64,000 nucleotides of DNA from Balanoglossus misakiensis. Lineage: Eukaryota; Animalia; Hemichordata. The stretch covers positions 882,814 through 946,813 of the forward strand of contig CM082585.2 of NCBI GenBank assembly GCA_040954595.2. Reading direction: 5' to 3'. Position 1 is the stretch's first letter; every line of letters begins with the position of its first letter. A program made the position numbers and the translations under genes. Shown in pieces: positions 26,101-41,100 of this stretch. The notes under the pieces were generated by a model. That model was given only the letters and a program-made list of their open reading frames with translations. It was not told the origin of the DNA and made no database searches.

Positions 26101-29100
26101 GATGATTTTCACCCGTTTTTTTTCAAAATTTGTCATTTTTTGATGATTTTCTCCCATGATTTTTTTCAAAAATTGACGAAATTTTGAGATTTTGCAAAGT
26201 CGAAAATTTGTCATTTTTTGATGATTTTCCCCCATGTTTTTTTTTTTAAATGGACGAAATTTTGAGATTTTGCAAAGACGAAAATTTGTTATTTTTTGAT
26301 GATTTTCACCCATGATTTTTTCAAAAATTGACGAAATTTTGAGATTTTGCAAAGTCGAAAATTTGTCATTTTTTGATGATTTTCACACATGATTTTTTTC
26401 AAAAATCGACGAAATTGTGAGATTTTGCAAAGACGAAAATTTGTCATTTTTTGATGATTTTTACCCATGATTTTTTTTCAAAAATGGACGAAATTTTGAG
26501 GTTTTGCAAAGTCGAAAATTTGTCATTTTTTGATGATTTTCACACATGATTTTTTTCAAAAATCGACGAAATTGTGAGATTTTGCAAAGACGAAAATTTG
26601 TCATTTTTTGATGATTTTTACCCAGGATTTTTTTTCAAAAATGGACGAAATTTTGAGGTTTTGCAAAGTCGAAAATTTGTTATTTTTTGATGATTTTCAC
26701 CCATGTCTTTTTTTAAAAATCGACGAAATTTTGAGATTTTGCAAAGAGGAAAATTTGTCATTTTTTCATGATTTTCCCCCATGATTTTTTTTCAAAAATC
26801 GACGAAATTTTGAGATTTTGCAAAGTCGACGAAAATGTGTCATTTTTTGGTGATTTTCACCCGTTTTTTTTCAAAATTTGTCATTTTTTGATGATTTTCA
26901 CCCATGTTTTTTTTTTAAAAAATCGACGAACCTATGATTTTTTTCAAAATCGACGAAATTTTGTGATTTTACAAAGTCGAAAATTTTGTCATTTTTTGAT
27001 GATTTTCAACCATGATTTTTTTTCAAAAATCGACGAAAATTTGAGAATTTGCAAAGACAAAAATTTGTCATTTTTGATGATTTTTACCCATGATTTTTTT
27101 TCAAAAATGGACGAAATTTTGAGGTTTTGCAAAGTCGAAAATTTGTTATTTTTTGATGATTTTCACCCATGTCTTTTTTTAAAAATCGACGAAATTTTGA
27201 GATTTTGCAAAGTGGAAAATTTGTCATTTTTTCATGATTTTCCCCCATGATTTTTTTCAAAAATCGACGAAATTTTGAGATTTTGCAAAGTCGACGAAAA
27301 TGTGTCATTTTTTGATGATTTTCACCCGTTTTTTTTCAAAATTTGTCATTTTTTGATGATTTTCACCCATGTTTTTTTTTTAAAAAATCGACGAACCTAT
27401 GATTTTTTTCAAAATCGACGAAATTTTGTGATTTTACAAAGTCGAAAATTTTGTCATTTTTTGATGATTTTCAACCATGATTTTTTTTCAAAAATCGACG
27501 AAAATTTGAGAATTTGCAAAGACAAAAATTTGTCATTTTTGATGATTTTTACCCATGATTTTTTTTCAAAAATGGACGAAATTTTGAGATTTTGCAAAGA
27601 GGAAAATTTGTCATTTTTTCATGATTTTCCCCCATGATTTTTTTCAAAAATCGACGAAATTTTGTGATTTTACAAAGTCGAAAATTTTGTCATTTTTTGA
27701 TGATTTTCAACCATGATTTTTTTTCAAAAATCGACGAAAATTTGAGATTTTGCAAAGACGAAAATTTGTCATTTTTGATGATTTTTACCCATGATTTTTT
27801 TTCAAAAATGGACGAAATTTTGAGATTTTGCAAAGACGAAAATTTGTCATTTTTTGATGATTTTCACCCATGATTTTTTTTCAAAAATCGACGAAATTTT
27901 GAGATTTTGCAAAGTCGTAAATGTGACATTTTTTGATGATTTTCACCAGTTTTTTTTTTCAAAATTTGTCATTTTTTCATGATTTTCCCCCATGATTTTT
28001 TTCAAAAATCGACGAAAATTTGAGATTTTGCAAAGACGAAAATTTGTCATTTTCGATGATTTTTACCCATGATTTTTTTTCAAAAAACGACGAAATTTTG
28101 AGATTTTGCAGAGGAAAATGTGTCATTTTTTGATGATTTTCACCCGTTTTTTTTTTCAAAATTTGTCATTTTTTGATGATTTTCACCCATGTTTTTTTTT
28201 TAAAAATCGACGAACCTATGATTTTTTTCAAAATCGACGAAATTTTGAGATTTTGCAGAGAGGAAAATTTGTCATTTTTTCATGATTTTCACCAATGATT
28301 TTTTTTCAAAAAACGACGAAATTTTGAGATTTTGCAGAGGAAAATGTGTCATTTTTTGATGATTTTCACCCGTTTTTTTTCAAAATTTGTCATTTTTTGA
28401 TGATTTTCTCCCATGATTTTTTTCAAAAATTGACGAAATTTTGAGATTTTGCAAAGTCGAAAATTTGTCATTTTTTGATGATTTTCCCCCATGTTTTTTT
28501 TTTTAAATGGACGAAATTTTGAGATTTTGCAAAGACGAAAATTTGTTATTTTTTGATGATTTTCACCCATGATTTTTTCAAAAATTGACGAAATTTTGAG
28601 ATTTTGCAAAGTCGAAAATTTGTCATTTTTTGATGATTTTCACACATGATTTTTTTCAAAAATCGACGAAATTGTGAGATTTTGCAAAGACGAAAATTTG
28701 TCATTTTTTGATGATTTTTACCCATGATTTTTTTTCAAAAATGGACGAAATTTTGAGGTTTTGCAAAGTCGAAAATTTGTCATTTTTTGATGATTTTCAC
28801 ACATGATTTTTTTCAAAAATCGACGAAATTGTGAGATTTTGCAAAGACGAAAATTTGTCATTTTTTGATGATTTTTACCCATGATTTTTTTTCAAAAATG
28901 GACGAAATTTTGAGGTTTTGCAAAGTCGAAAATTTGTTATTTTTTGATGATTTTCACCCATGTCTTTTTTTAAAAATCGACGAAATTTTGAGATTTTGCA
29001 AAGAGGAAAATTTGTTATTTTTTCATGATTTTCCCCCATGATTTTTTTCAAAAATCGACGAAATTTTGAGATTTTGCAAAGTCGACGAAAGTGTGTCATT

Positions 29101-32100
29101 TTTTGATGATTTTCAACCATGATTTTTTTTCAAAAATCGACGAAATTTTGAGATTTTGCAAAAACGAAAATTTGTTATTTTTTGATGATTTTCACCCATG
29201 ATTTTTTCAAAAATTGACGAAATTTTGAGATTTTGCAAAGTCGAAAATTTGTCATTTTTTGATGATTTTCACACATGATTTTTTTCAAAAATCGACGAAA
29301 TTGTGAGATTTTGCAAAGACGAAAATTTGTCATTTTTTGATGATTTTTACCCATGATTTTTTTTCAAAAATGGACGAAATTTTGAGGTTTTGCAAAGTCG
29401 AAAATTTGTTATTTTTTGATGATTTTCACCCATGTCTTTTTTTTAAAAATCGACGAAATTTTGAGATTTTGCAAAGTGGAAAATTTGTCATTTTTTCATG
29501 ATTTTCCCCCATGATTTCTTTCAAAAATCGACGAAATTTTGAGATTTTGCAAAGTCGACGAAAATGTGTCATTTTTTGATGATTTTCACCCGTTTTTTTT
29601 CAAAATTTGTCATTTTTTGATGATTTTCACCCATGTTTTTTTTTTAAAAATCGACGAACCTATGATTTTTTTCAAAATCGACGAAATTTTGTGATTTTAC
29701 AAAGTCGAAAATTTTGTCATTTTTTGATGATTTTCAACCATGATTTTTTTTCAAAAATCGACGAAAATTTGAGATTTTGCAAAGACAAAAATTTGTCATT
29801 TTTGATGATTTTTACTCATGATTTTTTTTCAAAAATGGACGAAATTTTGAGATTTTGCAAAGAGGAAAATTTGTAATTTTTTCATGATTTTCCCCCATGA
29901 TTTTTTTCAAAAATCGACGAAATTTTGTCATTTTACAAATTCGAAAATTTTGTCATTTTTTGATGATTTTCAACCATGATTTTTTTTCAAAAATCGACGA
30001 AAATTTGAGATTTTGCAAAGATGAAAATTTGTCATTTTTGATGATTTTTACCCATAATTTTTTTTCAGAAATGGACGAAATTTTGAGATTTTGCAAAGAC
30101 GAAAATTTGTCATTTTTTGATGATTTTCACCCATGATTTTTTTTCAAAAAACGACGAAATTTTGAGATTTTGCAAAGAGGAAAATTGGTCATTTTTTCAT
30201 GATTTTCCCCCATGATTTTTTTCAAAAATCGACGAAATTTTGAGATTTTGCAAAGTCGAAAATTTGTCATTTTTTGATGATTTTCACCCATGATTTTTTC
30301 AAAAATTGACGAAATGTTGAGATTTTGCAAAGTCGAAAATTTGTCATTTTTTGATGATTTTCACCCGTGATTTTTTTCAAAAATGGACGAAATTTTGAGA
30401 TTTTGCAAAGACGAAAATTTGTCATTTTTTGATGATTTTCACCCATGATTTTTTTTCAAAAAACGACGAAATTTTGAGATTTTGCAAAGGCGAAAATTTG
30501 TCATTTTTTGATGATTTTCACCAGTTTTTTTTTTTTCAAAATTTGTCATTTTTTCATGATTTTCCCCCATGATTTTTTTCAAAAATCGACGAAAATTTGA
30601 GATTTTGCAAAGACGAAAATTTGTCATTTTCGATGATTTTTACCCATGATTTTTTTTCAAAAATGGACGAAATTTTGAGATTTTGCAAAGACGAAAATTT
30701 GTCATTTTTTGATGATTTTCACCCATGATTTTTTTCAAATAACGACGAAATTTTGAGATTTTGCAAAGAGGAAAATTTGTCATTTTTTCATGATTTTCCC
30801 CCATGATTTTTTTCAAAAATCGACGAAATTTTGAGATTTTGCAAAGTCGACGAAAATGTGTCATTTTTTGATGATTTTCACCCGTTTTTTTCAAAATTTG
30901 TCATTTTTTGATGATTTTCACCCATGTTTTTTTTTTAAAAAATCGACGAACCTATGATTTTTTTCAAAATCGACGAAATTTTGTGATTTTACAAAGTCGA
31001 AAATTTTGTCATTTTTTGATGATTTTCAACCATGATTTTTTTTTCAAAAATCGACGAAAATTTGAGATTTTGCAAAGACAAAAATTTGTCATTTTTGATG
31101 ATTTTTACTCATGATTTTTTTTCAAAAATGGACGAAATTTTGAGATTTTGCAAAGAGGAAAATTTGTCATTTTTTCATGATCTTCCCCCATGATTTTTTT
31201 CAAAAATCGACGAAATTTTGTCATTTTACAAAGTCGAAAATTTTGTCATTTTTTGATGATTTTCAACCATGATTTTTTTTCAAAAATCGACGAAAATTTG
31301 AGATTTTGCAAAGACGAAAATTTGTCATTTTTGATGATTTTTACCCATGATTTTTTTTCAAAAATGGACGAAATTTTGAGATTTTGCAAAGGCGAAAATT
31401 TGTCATTTTTTGATGATTTTCACCAGTTTTTTTTTTTCAAAATTTGTCATTTTTTCATGATTTTCCCCCATGATTTTTTTCAAAAATCGACGAAAATTTG
31501 AGATTTTGCAAAGACGAAAATTTGTCATTTTCGATGATTTTTACCCATGATTTTTTTTCAAAAATGGACGAAATTTTGAGATTTTGCAAAGACGAAAATT
31601 TGTCATTTTTTGATGATTTTCACCCATGATTTTTTTCAAATAACGACGAAATTTTGAGATTTTGCAAAGAGGAAAATTTGTCATTTTTTCATGATTTTCC
31701 CCCATGATTTTTTTCAAAAATCGACGAAATTTTGAGATTTTGCAAAGTCGACGAAAATGTGTCATTTTTTGATGATTTTCACCCGTTTTTTTCAAAATTT
31801 GTCATTTTTTGATGATTTTCACCCATGTTTTTTTTTTAAAAAATCGACGAACCTATGATTTTTTTCAAAATCGACGAAATTTTGTGATTTTACAAAGTCG
31901 AAAATTTTGTCATTTTTTGATGATTTTCAACCATGATTTTTTTTTCAAAAATCGACGAAAATTTGAGATTTTGCAAAGACAAAAATTTGTCATTTTTGAT
32001 GATTTTTACTCATGATTTTTTTTCAAAAATGGACGAAATTTTGAGATTTTGCAAAGAGGAAAATTTGTCATTTTTTCATGATTTTCCCCCATGATTTTTT

Positions 32101-35100
32101 TCAAAAATCGACGAAATTTTGTCATTTTACAAAGTCGAAAATTTTGTCATTTTTTGATGATTTTCAACCATGATTTTTTTTCAAAAATCGACGAAAATTT
32201 GAGGTTTTGCAAAGTCGAAAATTTGTCATTTTTTGATGATTTTCACACATGATTTTTTTCAAAAATCGACGAAATTGTGAGATTTTGCAAAGACGAAAAT
32301 TTGTCATTTTTTGATGATTTTTACCCATGATTTTTTTTCAAAAATGGACGAAATTTTGAGGTTTTGCAAAGTCGAAAATTTGTTATTTTTTGATGATTTT
32401 CACCCATGTCTTTTTTTAAAAATCGACGAAATTTTGAGATTTTGCAAAGAGGAAAATTTGTCATTTTTTCATGATTTTCCCCCATGATTTTTTTCAAAAA
32501 TCGACGAAATTTTGAGATTTTGCAAAGTCGACGAAAATGTGTCATTTTTTGATGATTTTCAACTATGATTTTTTTTCAAAAATCGACGAAATTTTGAGAT
32601 TTTGCAAAAACGAAAATTTGTTATTTTTTGATGATTTTCACCCATGATTTTTTCAAAAATTGACGAAATTTTGAGATTTTGCAAAGTCGAAAATTTGTCA
32701 TTTTTTGATGATTTTCACACATGATTTTTTTCAAAAATCGACGAAATTGTGAGATTTTGCAAAGACGAAAATTTGTCATTTTTTGATGATTTTTACACAT
32801 GATTTTTTTTCAAAAATGGACGAAATTTTGAGGTTTTGCAAAGTCGAAAATTTGTTATTTTTTGATGATTTTCACCCATGTCTTTTTTTAAAAATTGACG
32901 AAATTTTGAGATTTTGCAAAGTGGAAAATTTGTCATTTTTTCATGATTTTCCCCCATGATTTTTTTCAAAAATCGACGAAATTTTGAGATTTTGCAAAGT
33001 CGACGAAAATGTGTCATTTTTTGATGATTTTCACCCGTTTTTTTCAAAATTTGTCATTTTTTGATGATTTTCACCCATGTTTTTTTTTTAAAAAATCGAC
33101 GAACCTATGATTTTTTTCAAAATCGACGAAATTTTGTGATTTTACAAAGTCGAAAATTTTGTCATTTTTTGATGATTTTCAACCATGATTTTTTTTTCAA
33201 AAATCGACGAAAATTTGAGATTTTGCAAAGACAAAAATTTGTCATTTTTGATGATTTTTACTCATGATTTTTTTTCAAAAATGGACGAAATTTTGAGATT
33301 TTGCAAAGAGGAAAATTTGTCATTTTTTCATGATCTTCCCCCATGATTTTTTTCAAAAATCGACGAAATTTTGTCATTTTACAAAGTCGAAAATTTTGTC
33401 ATTTTTTGATGATTTTCAACCATGATTTTTTTTCAAAAATCGACGAAAATTTGAGATTTTGCAAAGACGAAAATTTGTCATTTTTGATGATTTTTACCCA
33501 TGATTTTTTTTCAAAAATGGACGAAATTTTGAGATTTTGCAAAGGCGAAAATTTGTCATTTTTTGATGATTTTCACCAGTTTTTTTTTTTTCAAAATTTG
33601 TCATTTTTTCATGATTTTCCCCCATGATTTTTTTCAAAAATCGACGAAAATTTGAGATTTTGCAAAGACGAAAATTTGTCATTTTCGATGATTTTTACCC
33701 ATGATTTTTTTTCAAAAATGGACGAAATTTTGAGATTTTGCAAAGACGAAAATTTGTCATTTTTTGATGATTTTCACCCATGATTTTTTTCAAATAACGA
33801 CGAAATTTTGAGATTTTGCAAAGAGGAAAATTTGTCATTTTTTCATGATTTTCCCCCATGATTTTTTTCAAAAATCGACGAAATTTTGAGATTTTGCAAA
33901 GTCGACGAAAATGTGTCATTTTTTGATGATTTTCACCCGTTTTTTTCAAAATTTGTCATTTTTTGATGATTTTCACCCATGTTTTTTTTTTAAAAAATCG
34001 ACGAACCTATGATTTTTTTCAAAATCGACGAAATTTTGTGATTTTACAAAGTCGAAAATTTTGTCATTTTTTGATGATTTTCAACCATGATTTTTTTTTC
34101 AAAAATCGACGAAAATTTGAGATTTTGCAAAGACAAAAATTTGTCATTTTTGATGATTTTTACTCATGATTTTTTTTCAAAAATGGACGAAATTTTGAGA
34201 TTTTGCAAAGAGGAAAATTTGTCATTTTTTCATGATCTTCCCCCATGATTTTTTTCAAAAATCGACGAAATTTTGTCATTTTACAAAGTCGAAAATTTTG
34301 TCATTTTTTGATGATTTTCAACCATGATTTTTTTTCAAAAATCGACGAAAATTTGAGATTTTGCAAAGACGAAAATTTGTCATTTTTGATGATTTTTACC
34401 CATGATTTTTTTTCAAAAATGGACGAAATTTTGAGATTTTGCAAAGGCGAAAATTTGTCATTTTTTGATGATTTTCACCAGTTTTTTTTTTTTCAAAATT
34501 TGTCATTTTTTCATGATTTTCCCCCATGATTTTTTTCAAAAATCGACGAAAATTTGAGATTTTGCAAAGACGAAAATTTGTCATTTTCGATGATTTTTAC
34601 CCATGATTTTTTTTCAAAAATGGACGAAATTTTGAGATTTTGCAAAGACGAAAATTTGTCATTTTTTGATGATTTTCACCCATGATTTTTTTCAAATAAC
34701 GACGAAATTTTGAGATTTTGCAAAGAGGAAAATTTGTCATTTTTTCATGATTTTCCCCCATGATTTTTTTCAAAAATCGACGAAATTTTGAGATTTTGCA
34801 AAGTCGACGAAAATGTGTCATTTTTTGATGATTTTCACCCGTTTTTTTCAAAATTTGTCATTTTTTGATGATTTTCACCCATGTTTTTTTTTTAAAAAAT
34901 CGACGAACCTATGATTTTTTTCAAAATCGACGAAATTTTGTGATTTTACAAAGTCGAAAATTTTGTCATTTTTTGATGATTTTCAACCATGATTTTTTTT
35001 TCAAAAATCGACGAAAATTTGAGATTTTGCAAAGACAAAAATTTGTCATTTTTGATGATTTTTACTCATGATTTTTTTTCAAAAATGGACGAAATTTTGA

Positions 35101-38100
35101 GATTTTGCAAAGAGGAAAATTTGTCATTTTTTCATGATTTTCCCCCATGATTTTTTTCAAAAATCGACGAAATTTTGTCATTTTACAAAGTCGAAAATTT
35201 TGTCATTTTTTGATGATTTTCAACCATGATTTTTTTTCAAAAATCGACGAAAATTTGAGATTTTGCAAAGACGAAAATTTGTCATTTTTGATGATTTTTA
35301 CCCATGATTTTTTTTCAAAAATGGACGAAATTTTGAGATTTTGCAAAGACGAAAATTTGTCATTTTTTGATGATTTTCACCAGTTTTTTTTTTTCAAAAT
35401 TAGTCATTTTTTCATGATTTTCCCCCATGATTTTTTTCAAAAATCGACGAAAATTTGAGATTTTGCAAAGACGAAAATTTGTCATTTTCGATGATTTTTA
35501 CCCATGATTTTTTTTCAAAAATGGACGAAATTTTGAGATTTTGCAAAGACGAAAATTTGTCATTTTTTGATGATTTTCACCCATGATTTTTTTCAAAAAA
35601 CGACGAAATTTTGAGATTTTGCAAAGAGGAAAATTTGTCATTTTTTCATGATTTTCACCCATGATTTTTTTCAAAAATCGACGAAATTTTGAGATTTTGC
35701 AAAGAGGAAAATTTGTCATTTTTTCATGATTTTCCCCCATGATTTTTTTCAAAAATCGACGAAAATTTGAGATTTTGCAAAGACGAAAATTTGTCATTTT
35801 TGATGATTTTTACCCATGATTTTTTTTCAAAAATGGACGAAATTTTGAGATTTTGCAAAGACGAAAATTTGTCATTTTTTGATGATTTTCACCAATGATT
35901 TTTTTTCAAAAAACGACGAAATTTTGAGATTTTGCAGAGGAAAATGTGTCATTTTTTGATGATTTTCACCCGTTTTTTTTTTTCAAAATTTGTCATTTTT
36001 TGATGATTTTCACCCATGTTTTTTTTTTAAAAATCGACGAACCTATGATTTTTTTCAAAATCGACGAAATTTTGTGATTTTACAAAGACGAAAATTTTGT
36101 CATTTTTTGATTATTTTTAACCATGATTTTTTTTCAAAAATCGACGAAATTTTGAGATATTGCAAAGAGGAAAATTTGTCATTTTTTAATGATTTTCACC
36201 AATGATTTTTTTTCAAAAATCGACGAAATTTTGAGATTTTGCAGAGAGGAAAATTTGTCATTTTTTCATGATTTTTACCCATGATTTTTTTTCAAAAATG
36301 GACGAAATTTTGAGATTTTGCAAAGACGAAAATTTGTCATTTTTTGATGATTTTCACCCATGATTTTTTTTCAAAAAACGACGAAATTTTGAGATTTTGC
36401 AAAGAGGAAAATTTGTCATTTTTTCATGATTTTCACCCATGATTTTTTTCAAAAATCGACGAAATTTTGAGATTTTGCAAAGAGGAAAATTTGTCATTTT
36501 TTCATGATTTTCCCCCGTTTTTTTTTTTCAAAATTTGTCATTTTTTGATGATTTTCTCCCATGATTTTTTTCAAAAATTGACGAAATTTTGAGATTTTGC
36601 AAAGTCGAAAATTTGTCATTTTTGATGATTTTTACCCATGATTTTTTTTCAAAAATGGACGAAATTTTGAGATTTTGCAAAGACGAAAATTTGTCATTTT
36701 TTGATGATTTTCACCCGTTTTTTTTCAAAATTTGTCATTTTTTGATGATTTTCACCCATGATTTTTTTTCAAAAATCGACGAAATTTTGAGATTTTGCAA
36801 AGTCGAAAATGTGTCATTTTTTGATGATTTTCACCCATGATTTTTTTCAAAAATCGACGAAATTTTGAGATTTTGCGAAGTCGAAAATTTGTCATTTTTT
36901 GATGATTTTCACCCATGATTTTTTTCAAAAATTTACGAAATGTTGAGATTTTGCAAAGTCGAAAATTTGTCATTTTTTGATGATTTTCACCCATGATTTT
37001 TTTCAAAAATCGACTAAATGTTGAGATTTTGCAAAGTCGAAAATGTGTCATTTTTTGATGATTTTCACCCGTTTTTTTTTCAAAATTTGTCATTTTTTCA
37101 TGATTTTCACCCATGATTTTTTTCAAAAATCGACGAAATTTTGTGATTTTGCAAAGTCGAAAATTTTGTCATTTTTTGATGATTTTCAACCATGATTTTT
37201 TTTCAAAAATCGACGAAATTTTGTGATTTTACAAAGTCGAAAATTTTGTCATTTTTTGATGATTTTCAACCATGATTTTTTTTCAAAAATCGACGAAAAT
37301 TTGAGATTTTGCAAAGACGAAAATTTGTCATTTTTGATGATTTTTACCCATGATTTTTTTTCAAAAATCGACGAAATTTTGAGATTTTGCAAAGTCGTAA
37401 ATGTGTCATTTTTTGATGATTTTCACCAGTTTTTTTTTTCAAAATTTGTCATTTTTTCATGATTTTCCCCCATGATTTTTTTCAAAAATCGACGAAAATT
37501 TGAGATTTTGCAAAGACGAAAATTTGTCATTTTTGGTGATTTTTACCCATGATTTTTTTTCAAAAATGGACGAAATTTTGAGATTTTGCAAAGACGAAAA
37601 TTTGTCATTTTTTGATGATTTTCACCCATGATTTTTTTTCAAAAAACGACGAAATTTTGAGATTTTGCAAAGAGGAAAATTTGTCATTTTTTCATGATTT
37701 TCCCCCATGATTTTTTTCAAAAATCGACGAAAATTTGAGATTTTGCAAAGATGAAAATTTGTCATTTTTGATGATTTTTACCCATGATTTTTTTTCAAAA
37801 ATGGACGAAATTTTGAGATTTTGCAAAGACGAAAATTTGTCATTTTTTGATGATTTTCACCAATGGTTTTTTTTCAAAAAACGACGAAATTTTGAGATTT
37901 TGCAGAGGAAAATGTGTCATTTTTTGATGATTTTCACCCGTTTTTTTTTTCAAAATTTGTCATTTTTTGATGATTTTCTCCCATGATTTTTTTCAAAAAT
38001 TGACGAAATTTTGAGATTTTGCAAAGTCGAAAAATTTGTCATTTTTTGATGATTTTCACCCCTTATTTTTTTTCAAAAATCGACGAAATTTTGAGATTTT

Positions 38101-41100
38101 GCAAAGTCGAAAATTTGTCATTTTTTGATGATTTTCCCCCATGTTTTTTTTTTTAAATGGACGAAATTTTGAGATTTTGCAAAGACGGAAATTTGTTATT
38201 TTTTGATGATTTTCACCCATGATTTTTTCAAAAATTGACGAAATTTTGAGATTTTGCAAAGTCGAAAATTTGTCATTTTTTGATGATATTCACACATGAT
38301 TTTTTTCAAAAATCGACGAAATTGTGAGATTTTGCAAAGACGAAAATTTGTCATTTTTTGATGATTTTTACCCATGATTTTTTTTCAAAAATGGACGAAA
38401 TTTTGAGGTTTTGCAAAGTCGAAAATTTGTCATTTTTTGATGATTTTCACACATGATTTTTTTCAAAAATCGACGAAATTGTGAGATTTTGCAAAGACGA
38501 AAATTTGTCATTTTTTGATGATTTTTACCCATGATTTTTTTTCAAAAATGGACGAAATTTTGAGGTTTTGCAAAGTCGAAAATTTGTTATTTTTTGATGA
38601 TTTTCACCCATGTCTTTTTTTAAAAATCGACGAAATTTTGAGATTTTGCAAAGAGGAAAATTTGTCATTTTTTCATGATTTTCCTCCATGATTTTTTTTC
38701 AAAAATCGACGAAATTTTGAGATTTTGCAAAGTCGACGAAAATGTGTCATTTTTTGATGATTTTCAACCATGATTTTTTTTCAAAAATCGACGAAATTTT
38801 GAGATTTTGCAAAAACGAAAATTTGTTATTTTTGATGATTTTCACCCATGATTTTTTCAAAAATTGACGAAATTTTGAGATTTTGCAAAGTCGAAAATTT
38901 GTCATTTTTTGATGATTTTCACACATGATTTTTTTCAAAAATCGACGAAATTGTGAGATTTTGCAAAGACGAAAATTTGTCATTTTTTGATGATTTTTAC
39001 CTATGATTTTTTTTCAAAAATGGACGAAATTTTGAGGTTTTGCAAAGTCGAAAATTTGTCATTTTTTCATGATTTTCCCCCATGATTTTTTTCAAAAATC
39101 GACGAAATTTTGAGATTTTGCAAAGTCGACGAAAATGTGTCATTTTTTGATGATTTTCACCCGTTTTTTTTCAAAATTTGTCATTTTTAGATGATTTTCA
39201 CCCATGTTTTTTTTTTAAAAAATCGACGAACCTATGATTTTTTTCAAAATCGACGAAATTTTGTGATTTTACAAAGTCGAAAATTTTGTCATTTTTTGAT
39301 GATTTTCAACCATGATTTTTTTTCAAAAATCGACGAAAATTTGAGATTTTGCAAAGACGAAAATTTGTCATTTTCGATGATTTTTACCCATGATTTTTTT
39401 TCAAAAAACGACGAAATTTTGAGATTTTGCAGAGGAAAATGTGTCATTTTTTGATGATTTTCACCCGTTTTTTTTTTCAAAATTTGTCATTTTTTGATGA
39501 TTTTCACCCATGTTTTTTTTTTAAAAATCGACGAACCTATGATTTTTTTCAAAATCGACGAAATTTTGTGATTTTACAAAGAGGAAAATTTGTCATTTTT
39601 TGATTATTTTCACCAATGATTTGTTTTCAAAAATCGACGAAATTTTGAGATTTTGCAAAGTCGAAAATTTGTCATTTTTTGATGATTTTCACCCATGATT
39701 TTTTCAAAAATTGACGAAATGTTGAGATTTTGCAAAGTCGAAAATTTGTCATTTTTTGATGATTTTTAACCATGATTTTTTTTCAAAAATCGACGAAATT
39801 TTGAGATTTTGCAAAGAGGAAAATTTGTCATTTTTTGATTATTTTCACCAATGATTTGTTTTCAAAAATCGACGAAATTTTGAGATTTTGCAAAGTCGAA
39901 AATTTGTCATTTTTTGATGATTTTCACCCATGATTTTTTCAAAAATTGACGAAATGTTGAGATTTTGCAAAGTCGAAAATTTGTCATTTTTTGATGATTT
40001 TCAACCGTGATTTTTTTCAAAAATGGACGAAATTTTGAGATTTTGCAAAGACGAAAATTTGTCATTTTTTGATGATTTTCACCCATGATTTTTTTTCAAA
40101 AAACGACGAAATTTTGAGATTTTGCAGAGGAAAATGTGTCATTTTTTGATGATTTTCACCCGTTTTTTTTCAAAATTTGTCATTTTTTGATGATTTTCTC
40201 CCATGATTTTTTTTCAAAAATTGACGAAATTTTGAGATTTTGCAAAGTCGAAAATTTGTCATTTTTTGATGATTTTCCCCCATGTTTTTTTTTTTAAATG
40301 GACGAAATTTTGAGATTTTGCAAAGACGAAAATTTGTTATTTTTTGATGATTTTCACCCATGATTTTTTCAAAAATTGACGAAATTTTGAGATTTTGCAA
40401 AGTCGAAAATTTGTCATTTTTTGATGATTTTCACACATGATTTTTTTCAAAAATCGACGAAATTGTGAGATTTTGCAAAGACGAAAATTTGTCATTTTTT
40501 GATGATTTTTACCCATGATTTTTTTTCAAAAATGGACGAAATTTTGAGATTTTGCAAAGTCGAAAATTTGTCATTTTTTGATGATTTTCACACATGATTT
40601 TTTTCAAAAATCGACGAAATTGTGAGATTTTGCAAAGACAAAAATTTGTCATTTTTTGATGATTTTTACCCATGATTTTTTTTCAAAAATGGACGAAATT
40701 TTGAGGTTTTGCAACGTCGAAAATTTGTTATTTTTTGATGATTTTCACCCATGTCTTTTTTTAAAAATCGACGAAATTTTGAGATTTTGCAAAGTGGAAA
40801 ATTTGTCATTTTTTCATGATTTTCCCCCATGATTTTTTTCAAAAATCGACGAAAATTTGAGATTTTGCAAAGACGAAAATTTGTCATTTTCGATGATTTT
40901 TACCCATGATTTTTTTTCAAAAAACGACGAAATTTTGAGATTTTGCAGAGGAAAATGTGTCATTTTTTGATGATTTTCACCCGTTTTTTTTTTCAAAATT
41001 TGTCATTTTGTGATGATTTTCACCCATGTTTTTTTTTAAAATCGACGAACCTATGATTTTTTTCAAAATCGACGAAATTTTGTGATTTTACAAAGTCGAA

